From: Candidatus Saccharimonadales bacterium
GTDB lineage: Bacteria; Patescibacteriota; Saccharimonadia; Saccharimonadales; UBA10212
Length of the DNA stretch: 64,000 nt
Assembly (NCBI GenBank): GCA_049521895.1
Contig: JBEKOJ010000001.1
Coordinates: 554,478 to 618,477 of the forward strand
Reading direction: 5' to 3'
Shown here: positions 30,601 through 37,022 of the stretch, one piece after another
Layout: each line of letters opens with the position of its first letter
How positions within the stretch are numbered: position 1 is the stretch's first letter
The notes under the pieces: model-generated
Told to the model about the DNA's origin: nothing
Databases searched by the model: none
Seen by the model: the letters and a program-made list of their open reading frames with translations, nothing else
Program-made: the position numbers and the translations under genes

Positions 30601-31034
30601 TTGCCGGCAGTATAAGATTGCCCTATGTAGGAGACATTATTCCAAGCGAGTGATTCTTGATCAGTCTGGCCAGCGACGAGTGGCTGCCCATCACTGTTCT
30701 CTAAGGCTATGCCGGTTGGTGGAGTCGGACCGTAGCTAGTTTGGTAAGTAGCGGTAGTAAAAGCCGTGGCGATGGTGCTGCTGCCATAGTTAAAGTTATT
30801 AATGCCATTGGTGGTAGGGCTAAGGTCGCAAGTATCAAGTACGCCGCCAGACGCACTAAAGGCAACCTTGTACGCACAAGCTTGCCAGAACTCTACCGTA
30901 GTTTGTGGAGGAGAGGTCACCGGAGGGATTGGGGGCACGTAAAGCGCAAAAGATGTTGCGTGAAATAGGAAAAAGAATACCGCTATCCCCACCGATAGGC
31001 CGAGCCCAGTTTTTATTTTCCTGTAAGTTTTCAT
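27612..31034 (-). CDS. VirB6/TrbL-like polytopic channel protein with large N- and C-terminal extensions
   Basis: 1140 aa; a signal peptide, a roughly 300 aa Cys-containing extracellular domain, then at least 6 TM helices with the TrbL/VirB6-like pattern (AILVIVMLVMVISQAIGGGPF ... LLIFSPLALAIWILPG), then a roughly 550 aa cytoplasmic domain ending in a Pro/Ala/Thr-rich tail. Confidence 0.55.
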   Translation of the reverse strand: MKTYRKIKTGLGLSVGIAVFFFLFHATSFALYVPPIPPVTSPPQTTVEFWQACAYKVAFSASGGVLDTCDLSPTTNGINNFNYGSSTIATAFTTATYQTSYGPTPPTGIALENSDGQPLVAGQTDQESLAWNNVSYIGQSYTAGNSPDTREVKFYVYQPAAGAPNGTDFALLASINSDGSLQVLALVYDVAKDGKVFAAPINQVAIGSTATGGKCAPDDTSATCGPVSASSGISTSGNACDLKSNGWSLAWFACPALEAADSAATNLMHVFEQQLPFCIIQSGLNCNAQNNGAQNLGSGQGQVRTAWSLIKNIATAILVIVMLVMVISQAIGGGPFDAYTVRKMLPKMVIATILMQISWPLFAWVVDIVNDIGNGLGDLMYAPFGGASNLDFGSLLTNAHITGGQATLVGYLGGLIGLTLGIAFLPTLLFAVFSAALTLLIGLAVLVFRKILIILLLIFSPLALAIWILPGQGPQRLWKMWLDNFTKVLMMFPLIVAIIAAGRIFAYVSGATNNGSFINFWLVIAGYFLPLAILPKAYKWGGTAMSAAGNSLGNMQRSIQSATKQPLKNWAREKTTDKWANNYNPLKKTLGSRRLSSALQSIAGGRVVPTKAAKAKMLFRGQQWSSTMAERNDALRNNFVRKAQEQGMPADMVRKYDRLAREKYGMKELDKDGNDTGRSGLFSAEELDQGMRPNAIGSGKKSSQILAMMATEKNDSELLKSIGRYNVQARSLLEMADKSFVFPQQDPVTKNYKMVPIWDWRPLVDQAFKDPSLWGELGGMRPDLTPNNVPRGGARYQKILAKAGFRRGRDVNGREFDVSKDAIRDNPREERYAEEFTNPDGSLHYKPYLMQKLQALDEDTLGIIQAGKNTLLTFAKEISGWNQGNGYYGEGKSALPAQEFTDFIVKQAGSESGLRSMASLKSTDSHKQAIDNALKASGYTQFKGADGEIHDLTVDNIFGVNERAFAKMHASADYEPAKSELVPPPTGPAAPAGAPAPATTGPASTSTTAPATAAETAATTPSGPPQETPTYAPGEAQPTSLGSVAFNRFSNELAENTVATQRLAREMAARRTGTQPTIGVPTPTGEIRIVHEPVYQPGDTIRPVVGTSSGIVMPPGIRSVEPQPRNEEESPPSEPAPPST

Positions 31035-31162
31035 TTTGGTAGTACTGTCAATAGAAATATAGCATAAGAGTCTTAAGTCAACAATCTGTGAGACCAGATT
31101 ACGATTTCATCCAAGCAGCTTATCCTTATTTATGATATATTGCTACTTAGTAAAAGCGTTTT
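31035..31162. promoter_or_regulatory. divergent promoter region between the T4SS core operon (minus) and the pilin-like gene array (plus)
   Basis: A 128-bp AT-rich intergenic region between divergently oriented operons. Confidence 0.3.
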
Positions 31163-31681
31163 ATGAAAACGAGAAACAAAAACTGGTTAGGTACATACAG
31201 AATGCTGATATCAAGCGTAGCCATAATGTTGCTTATGGTAGCTTTCTTACCAAATATGGTTTCGGCTGCCACCGACCCCGCTTGTCAAAAATTTCTCGAT
31301 TCAAAAGGCAACGCTACACCCGACTCAACACAGTGTGAAAATACAACACCAATAGCTTGTCTTGAATTTGATCGATCTACCGTACAGGCTGAAAGTAAGT
31401 TTGACGCTTGCTTATCTCAGAATGTCCTAGTGCCGAAGAATAGTCGAATAGTCCAAGACCTTAACGATATTGTTAGTGTTCTCAGTGGCCTGGTGGGCAT
31501 AGCGGTAGTCGGCACCATCATATTAGGTGGTATCCAATACTCTGCGGCTGGTGATAAACCCGAGGCCTTGCAAAAAGCTAAACAAAGGATTACCAACGGC
31601 TTGCTCGCCCTAGGAGTGTTCTTACTGATCTTTGCATTTTTGCAATGGATAATACCCGGAGGTGCATTTAATTCGCCATGA
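31163..31681 (+). CDS. VirB2/TrbC-like pilin candidate, paralog 1
   Basis: Signal peptide (LISSVAIMLLMVAFLPNMVSAA), a 4-Cys variable head, and a C-terminal two-helix hairpin IAVVGTIILGGIQYSAAGDKPEALQKAKQRITNGLLALGVFLLIFAFLQWI. Confidence 0.45.
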   Translation: MKTRNKNWLGTYRMLISSVAIMLLMVAFLPNMVSAATDPACQKFLDSKGNATPDSTQCENTTPIACLEFDRSTVQAESKFDACLSQNVLVPKNSRIVQDLNDIVSVLSGLVGIAVVGTIILGGIQYSAAGDKPEALQKAKQRITNGLLALGVFLLIFAFLQWIIPGGAFNSP

Positions 31682-32085
31682 TGAATATATTTTTTGCTAA
31701 ATTAAGCTGGTTGATAACTCAATTTGCTGCGGTGCCTAGTGCTTGTACAGCTCATCAATTCTTCTTTTTCCCTACATGGTGGGAGTATTTGCCGGATAAG
31801 CGGTTTACAACTGATGCCGTTGGGCAATGTCTGATCAACTTCCGATTTCCTGGGGATATTCTACCGGTCGGTCTAGCAGTTCTGGATATATTGCTACGCC
31901 TGGCCGGTTTTGTAGCTGTGGTATCAATCATTGTTGCCGGCTTCCAGCACTTATTTACTGGCGGTAATCCCGAAAAAGCGGCGTCGGCCCGCCGCCGCCT
32001 GTGGAACTCACTCATAGGTCTTGGGATAGTCATAACGGCTACAGCGGCAGTAACCTTTATCGGTAATCAAATAGGGCAAACATGA
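31678..32085 (+). CDS. VirB2/TrbC-like pilin candidate, paralog 2
   Basis: Hydrophobic N-terminus, 2 Cys, and a hairpin VAVVSIIVAGFQHLFTGGNPEKAASARRRLWNSLIGLGIVITATAAVTFI; overlaps the previous gene by 4 bp. Confidence 0.45.
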   Translation: MMNIFFAKLSWLITQFAAVPSACTAHQFFFFPTWWEYLPDKRFTTDAVGQCLINFRFPGDILPVGLAVLDILLRLAGFVAVVSIIVAGFQHLFTGGNPEKAASARRRLWNSLIGLGIVITATAAVTFIGNQIGQT

Positions 32086-32369
32086 GTATTTTTAGCGTAT
32101 TGCAGCTTATCAATCCTCAGCAGGATAACCTGCCCCGGACCCAAGCTAACAACGATACTTTACAAGCTATACTCACTGATGTGTTCGTGCTGCTTGGCGC
32201 AATCGCCATTTTTATGATTGTGGTCGCCGGCCTACTGTATATAACCGCCCGAGGTAATCCAGAGAAAGTTACTACAGCCCGTAACCGCATACTTTATTCT
32301 GTGATGGGTTTGGTGCTGGCCGCCTCGGCCGTGGCTATAGTCAACGTAGTACTAGGGAGGGCAGGATGA
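32082..32369 (+). CDS. VirB2/TrbC-like two-helix hairpin protein, paralog 3 (no signal peptide, no Cys)
   Basis: VFVLLGAIAIFMIVVAGLLYITARGNPEKVTTARNRILYSVMGLVLAASAVAIV is the same hairpin motif without the variable head. Confidence 0.4.
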   Translation: MSIFSVLQLINPQQDNLPRTQANNDTLQAILTDVFVLLGAIAIFMIVVAGLLYITARGNPEKVTTARNRILYSVMGLVLAASAVAIVNVVLGRAG

Positions 32370-32800
32370 AATACAAGCTCAAAGTACTAGTGCTAGGACT
32401 AATATCTTTTGTGGCCTTTCTGGTGTTACCAGTCAATACCTATGCAGCATTCAACCCCTTAGGTTCGGCTTGTCCAAAGGGCAGCAAAGCTGCTAACGGT
32501 ACAGTCTGCAAGGATAACAGCTCCCAGATAAATAGCGGGCAAAACCCGGCAGTCCATACCATACATGTAGCTACCAATTTAATAGCGCTGACTGCGGGCA
32601 TAGTCGCTGTGGTTATCATAATAATCAGTGGCTTTATGTTTGCTACTGCCGGGGGAAGTATTGGTGGCCAACGGGCTGGCGATAATCCCACCAAGGCTAG
32701 AAATGCTCGGGCAGCACTTATTGGTTCACTCGTCGGTCTGGCTATTGTCGCGCTGGCCTGGTCCATAGTAACCTTTATAACAGACCGCGTGGTTCACTAA
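32366..32800 (+). CDS. VirB2/TrbC-like pilin candidate, paralog 4
   Basis: Signal peptide with an AxA-type cleavage site (NTYAAF), a 2-Cys head, and a hairpin LTAGIVAVVIIIISGFMFATAGG ... AALIGSLVGLAIVALAWSIVTFI. Confidence 0.45.
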   Translation: MKYKLKVLVLGLISFVAFLVLPVNTYAAFNPLGSACPKGSKAANGTVCKDNSSQINSGQNPAVHTIHVATNLIALTAGIVAVVIIIISGFMFATAGGSIGGQRAGDNPTKARNARAALIGSLVGLAIVALAWSIVTFITDRVVH

Positions 32801-32821
32801 AATGAAACTTAGGTAAATAAT

Positions 32822-33331
32822 ATGCTTTCAATTAAAAAAATAACCGGCGTATTGGGATTAAGTCTTGTATTTTGCGGCTTCACTCTTTTTGCGGGCCCAG
32901 CACTAAAAGCATTAGATCCATGCGATACTAACGGTGATGGTCAAGTAAGCACCCAAGAAGCCATCCAGTGTGGTAGTAATGGTGCGGCAGGCACAACACA
33001 GACCAGCGACCAAGCTTCGACGAATCTGGATAACACAATACTCTCCATAGTCAATTATTTATCAATAGCGGTAGGTATAGTAGCTGTTGTTATGATCATA
33101 ATGGGCGGCTTCCGTTACATAACTAGCGGCGGCAAACAAGAAAGTATTGTCGGTGCCAAAAACACTATCACCTATGCTATTGTCGGGCTGGTTATTGTGG
33201 CCTTGGCCCAAGTGATAGCTAGATTCACACTGAATACGGTTACGACAAGCAGCACTCAATCTACGTCGAGCAGCACGCAATCTACGACCCAGAGCGGCAA
33301 TAATCCTTGTGTGCCCGGCAAGCCTTGCTGA
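32822..33331 (+). CDS. VirB2/TrbC-like pilin candidate, paralog 5
   Basis: Signal peptide, a 2-Cys head, a hairpin LSIAVGIVAVVMIIMGGFRYITSGGKQESIVGAKNTITYAIVGLVIVALAQVIARF, and an extra Ser/Thr-rich C-terminal tail ending NPCVPGKPC. Confidence 0.5.
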   Translation: MLSIKKITGVLGLSLVFCGFTLFAGPALKALDPCDTNGDGQVSTQEAIQCGSNGAAGTTQTSDQASTNLDNTILSIVNYLSIAVGIVAVVMIIMGGFRYITSGGKQESIVGAKNTITYAIVGLVIVALAQVIARFTLNTVTTSSTQSTSSSTQSTTQSGNNPCVPGKPC

Positions 33332-33411
33332 TAACCGCTTGTCATAAGCGGGTTGACTGTGCTATAAGTGCGTATATACTCATAATAAGGTAGATAAAAA
33401 GGAAATTTAAA

Positions 33412-33837
33412 ATGCTCAATAAAATCAAAACTTTAATACTGTCTCTTAGTTTACTCATCGTACCAGCCGTGCCTTTGGTAGCTGGAGGGGTGGTCAACGC
33501 TGATACTAGCCAAACCACGATTCAAAGTGGTGAATGCGGTGGCGCCGACACCTTATCTCTAAGTTCAACCAACGGAAATAACTGCAATATACAGGGAAAT
33601 TCAAGTTTAGATCATGTGATCACCACTGCGGTCAATGTACTGTCTATTATTGTCGGTGTTGTGGCTGTCATTATGATCATCATTGGCGGCTTTCGTTATA
33701 TTGCCAGTGGCGGCAAACAAGAGAGTGTCAGCGGCGCTAAGAATACTATACTGTACGCCATCATTGGGCTGATTATAGTTGCACTGGCGCAGGTCATAGT
33801 TCGCTTTGTGCTGAACAAAACTACCGCTAATTCCTAG
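33412..33837 (+). CDS. VirB2/TrbC-like pilin candidate, paralog 6
   Basis: Signal peptide, a 2-Cys head, and a hairpin LSIIVGVVAVIMIIIGGFRYIASGGKQESVSGAKNTILYAIIGLIIVALAQVIVRF that is nearly identical to paralogs 5 and 7. Confidence 0.5.
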   Translation: MLNKIKTLILSLSLLIVPAVPLVAGGVVNADTSQTTIQSGECGGADTLSLSSTNGNNCNIQGNSSLDHVITTAVNVLSIIVGVVAVIMIIIGGFRYIASGGKQESVSGAKNTILYAIIGLIIVALAQVIVRFVLNKTTANS

Positions 33838-33861
33838 TAGGCAGCAGGCTAATAATCTATA

Positions 33862-34293
33862 ATGTGGGGCGTGACAAGAGCTAAAATTATATCTTGGCTG
33901 GCCGCTTTTGTGGCTTGCATGACCCTAACTCTAGGATTGTCGGCAATACCAGTAGCTTTTGCCCAGACAGTACAACAGCAGATTAATAATGGCCTCTGTG
34001 CCGGCTCAAACTTACAATTTGATAACTCCACCGCTAGCTGTAGCAGCAGTAACGCTAACACCAGCATAAATAACATAGTTCACACCATAGTTAACCTGCT
34101 CTCGGCAATTGTCGGCATCGTGGCCGTCATCATGATAATTGTCGGCGGTCTGCGCTATATTACCAGTGGTGGTAACGACACGAGTGTCACCAGCGCCAAA
34201 AATACTATCCTCTACGCTATAGTCGGTCTTATTGTGGTTGCCCTTGCACAGATCATAGTGCGCTTTACGCTCAGCAAAGTTACCAACAGCTAG
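33862..34293 (+). CDS. VirB2/TrbC-like pilin candidate, paralog 7
   Basis: Signal peptide, a 2-Cys head, and a hairpin LSAIVGIVAVIMIIVGGLRYITSGGNDTSVTSAKNTILYAIVGLIVVALAQIIVRF. Confidence 0.5.
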   Translation: MWGVTRAKIISWLAAFVACMTLTLGLSAIPVAFAQTVQQQINNGLCAGSNLQFDNSTASCSSSNANTSINNIVHTIVNLLSAIVGIVAVIMIIVGGLRYITSGGNDTSVTSAKNTILYAIVGLIVVALAQIIVRFTLSKVTNS

Positions 34294-34414
34294 ACAAGTT
34301 TATAGGTTATAGTGATTAGTTTATAGACGGAGCTCTTTTAAGAAATCCCAAGTAATTATTCGCTAAAACTATGCACCATCAACTCTAAACTAAAAACTTA
34401 AACACCTTTGGTGT

Positions 34415-34894
34415 CTATAGGACCTGAATCTTTTTCACGGTGTCCTGCTTGACCTTGGCAAAGCTGATAGTTAGCACGCCATCCTTAAGAACGGCCTCGA
34501 TTTCTTCTTCCTTGACTGGTACCGGCAGCACCAAGCTGCGGCTAAATTCGCCCCAATAACACTCCTGCAAGAAGTAGTTCTCTACGTTTTCTTCTTCACC
34601 AGCATTCAAAGTACCGCGGACCGTAAGTGTGTTATCAGATATACTCACATCCAGCTCACTTTTATTTACACCGGCTACACGGCCCTTGACGATCAGCTTT
34701 TCCTTGGTTTCATAAACGTCAACTGCCAGCTGCCCGGCAACCACCTCCTCTTCATCCCAGTTCTCGGCCTCGGCTACCGGCTGGTCGGCTGCTGCCGGGT
34801 CTACGGCTGTTTCGTCCTCGCTCAAAAACGCGGCGGTGATATCATCGCCCATCAATAAGTCGTCATTTTGTGGCTGTTGGCTGCCTCGAGCCAT
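34415..34894 (-). CDS. Hsp20/alpha-crystallin family small heat shock protein
   Basis: Alpha-crystallin domain VDVYETKEKLIVKGRVAGV ... TLTVRG ... FSRSLVLPVPVKEEEIEAVLKDGVLTISFAKV. Confidence 0.85.
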   Translation of the reverse strand: MARGSQQPQNDDLLMGDDITAAFLSEDETAVDPAAADQPVAEAENWDEEEVVAGQLAVDVYETKEKLIVKGRVAGVNKSELDVSISDNTLTVRGTLNAGEEENVENYFLQECYWGEFSRSLVLPVPVKEEEIEAVLKDGVLTISFAKVKQDTVKKIQVL

Positions 34895-35071
34895 AGCTTA
34901 TCCTCCTTCACCCGCCAAAGCCTAATCTGAATTACAGGCGGGCAAGCCTTTAATTATTTTGTTTTTGCTCGCTTTAAGCTTGCGTCTTTTTGTTGATTTT
35001 AGTATAGCTGAGCTTTGGGTTGACACGCAACATGTTATGCTGCACATTTACAACAGAAGAATTACAACATA

Positions 35072-35091
35072 GGGCTACGCTTAAGCGTAGC
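35072..35091. repeat. perfect 20-bp palindrome GGCTACGCTTAAGCGTAGCC
   Basis: Seen directly in the sequence, immediately upstream of a CATT-repeat element and the four-helix-bundle gene. Confidence 0.6.
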
Positions 35092-35092
35092 C

Positions 35093-35142
35093 ATTTTACA
35101 TTTAGCATTTATCAATTCACAATTGATTTATCATTTTTCAGC
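35093..35142. repeat. CATT-repeat arm upstream of the four-helix-bundle gene; pairs with the AATG arm at 35524-35570
   Basis: CATTTTACATTTAGCATTTATCAATTCACAATTGATTTATCATTTTT; the downstream copy in reverse complement reads ATTTAGCATTTTACATTTAGCGTTTAGCATTGATTG. Confidence 0.5.
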
Positions 35143-35160
35143 ACCGTTTAGAGGAGTTTT

Positions 35161-35523
35161 ATGGCTGGCAACAGTAATCGGTCCCGTGAGCTTGAGCAAA
35201 GAATGATGGATTTTGCCATGGGTGTTATTTTGATAGCCAGAACGGCTCCAAAAACTGTGGATAACCGGGTGATAATAGAGCAAATGATTAAATCTGCTTC
35301 AAGCATTGGCGCTAATTACACGGAAGCTAATAATGCCGCTTCAAGGCAGGACTTTAAAAATAAAGTTTTTATTGCCAAGAAAGAAGCGGCCGAGACCAGA
35401 TATTGGCTCCAGCTTTTTAGGAGAATTAATCCCGATCTTGATGTGAAGAATTTAGTCGCTGAAGCGACTGAGCTTATTTTGATACTTCAGAAGATTGTGA
35501 CCACTTTGCAAAATGGTCAATGA
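35161..35523 (+). CDS. four-helix-bundle protein (TIGR02436 family), second copy
   Basis: IEQMIKSASSIGANYTEANNAASRQDFKNKVFIAKKEAAETRYWLQLF follows the same family pattern as 16639-16998. Confidence 0.7.
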   Translation: MAGNSNRSRELEQRMMDFAMGVILIARTAPKTVDNRVIIEQMIKSASSIGANYTEANNAASRQDFKNKVFIAKKEAAETRYWLQLFRRINPDLDVKNLVAEATELILILQKIVTTLQNGQ

Positions 35524-35570
35524 CCAATCAATGCTAAACGCTAAATGTAAAATGCTAAATACCGCCGAAG
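35524..35570. repeat. AATG-repeat arm between the four-helix-bundle gene and comF
   Basis: CAATCAATGCTAAACGCTAAATGTAAAATGCTAAATACCG. Confidence 0.5.
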
Positions 35571-35577
35571 GTGGTTC

Positions 35578-36276
35578 ATGGTGAGCGTCTTCGAGGCGGT
35601 CATCGGGTGGTTGGCTCCGCCGCAGTGTATCGGCTGCGGTGCCGAAGGCTCGGCTTTCTGTCACTCCTGCTCCACCTCTGAAATCATAGCATTTGGAGAG
35701 CGCTGCGCTTACTGCGGCTCGCTTAGTCCGCGGGCTCAAACTTGTGTGCGCTGCCGGCGTGCGGGCACGCCAAGTTTTGTGTGGATAAGTACCAACCACG
35801 AAGCTATGGCACAAGAACTGGTCCGAGTCTATAAATTCGGCCACCTGCGTGCCGCCGCCGGGCCGCTAGCGGAACTTATGAGCCAAACCTATGTGAAATT
35901 TAATAGTCAACCCTATCGTGGTAGCGCGGGATACTGCGTGGTTCCCCTGCCAACCGCAACTAGCAGAATCCGCCAACGCGGTTTTGGCCACGCCGAACTG
36001 CTGGCGAAAATCATCGCTCAAAATCTTGACATGCCCTATTGCCAGGCGCTCGGACGGCTAGGCCAGACTAGGCAAGTTGGCACCTCCCGCCAGACTCGCT
36101 TAGCCCAACAAGCCGAAAATTATTTCGTACGGCAACCTCACCGCGTTCGCGGGCGCAGCGTACTACTTATAGATGATGTTATGACCACTGGCGGCAGCCT
36201 TATAGCGGCCACCAAAGCCCTGCGCGAGGCTGGTGCTAGTCGCGTGGACGCTCTGGTGTTCGCCAAGCGTCTATAG
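35578..36276 (+). CDS. comF: ComF-family competence protein (double zinc ribbon plus phosphoribosyltransferase domain)
   Basis: N-terminal Cys pairs CIGCG...CHSC...CAYCG...CVRCR and a PRTase motif VLLIDDVMTTGGSL. Confidence 0.75.
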   Translation: MVSVFEAVIGWLAPPQCIGCGAEGSAFCHSCSTSEIIAFGERCAYCGSLSPRAQTCVRCRRAGTPSFVWISTNHEAMAQELVRVYKFGHLRAAAGPLAELMSQTYVKFNSQPYRGSAGYCVVPLPTATSRIRQRGFGHAELLAKIIAQNLDMPYCQALGRLGQTRQVGTSRQTRLAQQAENYFVRQPHRVRGRSVLLIDDVMTTGGSLIAATKALREAGASRVDALVFAKRL

Positions 36277-36280
36277 GCCC

Positions 36281-36318
36281 AGTGTAAATACTTAACAAGT
36301 TAAGTATTTACACTGGCG
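36281..36318. terminator. 38-bp hairpin CCAGTGTAAATACTTAAC-AA-GTTAAGTATTTACACTGG (intrinsic terminator-like; member of a repeated palindrome family)
   Basis: An 18-bp perfect stem 5 bp after the comF stop; the core AAATACTTAACAAGTTAAGTATTT recurs at 56936-56967 and, degenerate, near 15335-15358. Confidence 0.5.
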
Positions 36319-36491
36319 GAGAGGGAGGGATTGCGCTACGCTTGCACGGCACTTGCTTATCGGAATAAATTCCTGCACGCTCGTGCCTGTAGACCCCTCG
36401 CTCCTCATCGGCTTCGCCGCTGACCGCGAGGAACCGAAATCCCCTTCCCGGCAGTGAAAACGCGCCCCCCTAAAGGTAAGCGCGCTTACAC

Positions 36492-36584
36492 TGGCGGAGA
36501 GGGAGGGATTTGAACCCTCGCGGGGACTTGCGCCCCCCTATCGATTTAGCAAACCGACCCCTTCAGCCTCTTGGGTACCTCTCC
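36492..36584 (-). tRNA. tRNA-Ser (anticodon GCU), type II
   Basis: Reverse complement GGAGAGGTACCCAAGAGGCTGAAGGGGTCGGTTTGCTAAATCGATAG...GGGTTCAAATCCCTCCCTCTCCGCCA; anticodon loop TTGCTAA, long variable arm, discriminator G, encoded CCA. Confidence 0.8.
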
Positions 36585-36833
36585 TCGTCGTGGCCTACGC
36601 GCCTGCCTCGTTTTACATTACAGTAAAAGCTTCGGCCTAGCGCTATGCCGCTCCTCTCAATTTTGTAAACGGTCGATGGCCGCCCCGATTTGCAAAATTG
36701 GAAAAGAACGGAGGTAATTATACCGTTTTGTGCGGAGTTGCACAAAACGGAAGAGTAGCGATGATACAAGGCCCCGCTCAATTCGTGCTACTTGATCGCG
36801 CGAATTGCTAGCAGGGTTGATATCAATCGATAC

Positions 36834-36923
36834 GTGGCGGAAGGGGTGGGATTCGAACCCACGGACCCTCTCGGATCACCTGTTTTCAAGACAGGCGCAC
36901 TAGACCAACTATGCGACCCTTCC
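36834..36923 (-). tRNA. tRNA-Ser (anticodon UGA), type II
   Basis: Reverse complement GGAAGGGTCGCATAGTTGGTCTAGTGCGCCTGTCTTGAAAACAGGTGATCCGAGAGGGTCCGTGGGTTCGAATCCCACCCCTTCCGCCA; anticodon loop CTTGAAA. Confidence 0.8.
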
Positions 36924-37022
36924 GGGGCTAAACCGGCTGAAGAACAGTGGTAAGTATAGCAATAAACACCTTGAATGGCCAGATAGTTTTGGCTCAATAA
37001 ATAGGCTACAATAAGCTTAACT

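Noticed and set aside
31163-34293. Type IV pilin (type IVa/b or Com pilin) identity for the seven small proteins
   Set aside because: None has the class III prepilin leader (G/FTLIE-type cleavage site with a conserved Glu5). All have ordinary Sec signal peptides and a C-terminal two-helix hairpin, which fits VirB2/TrbC-type pilins instead.
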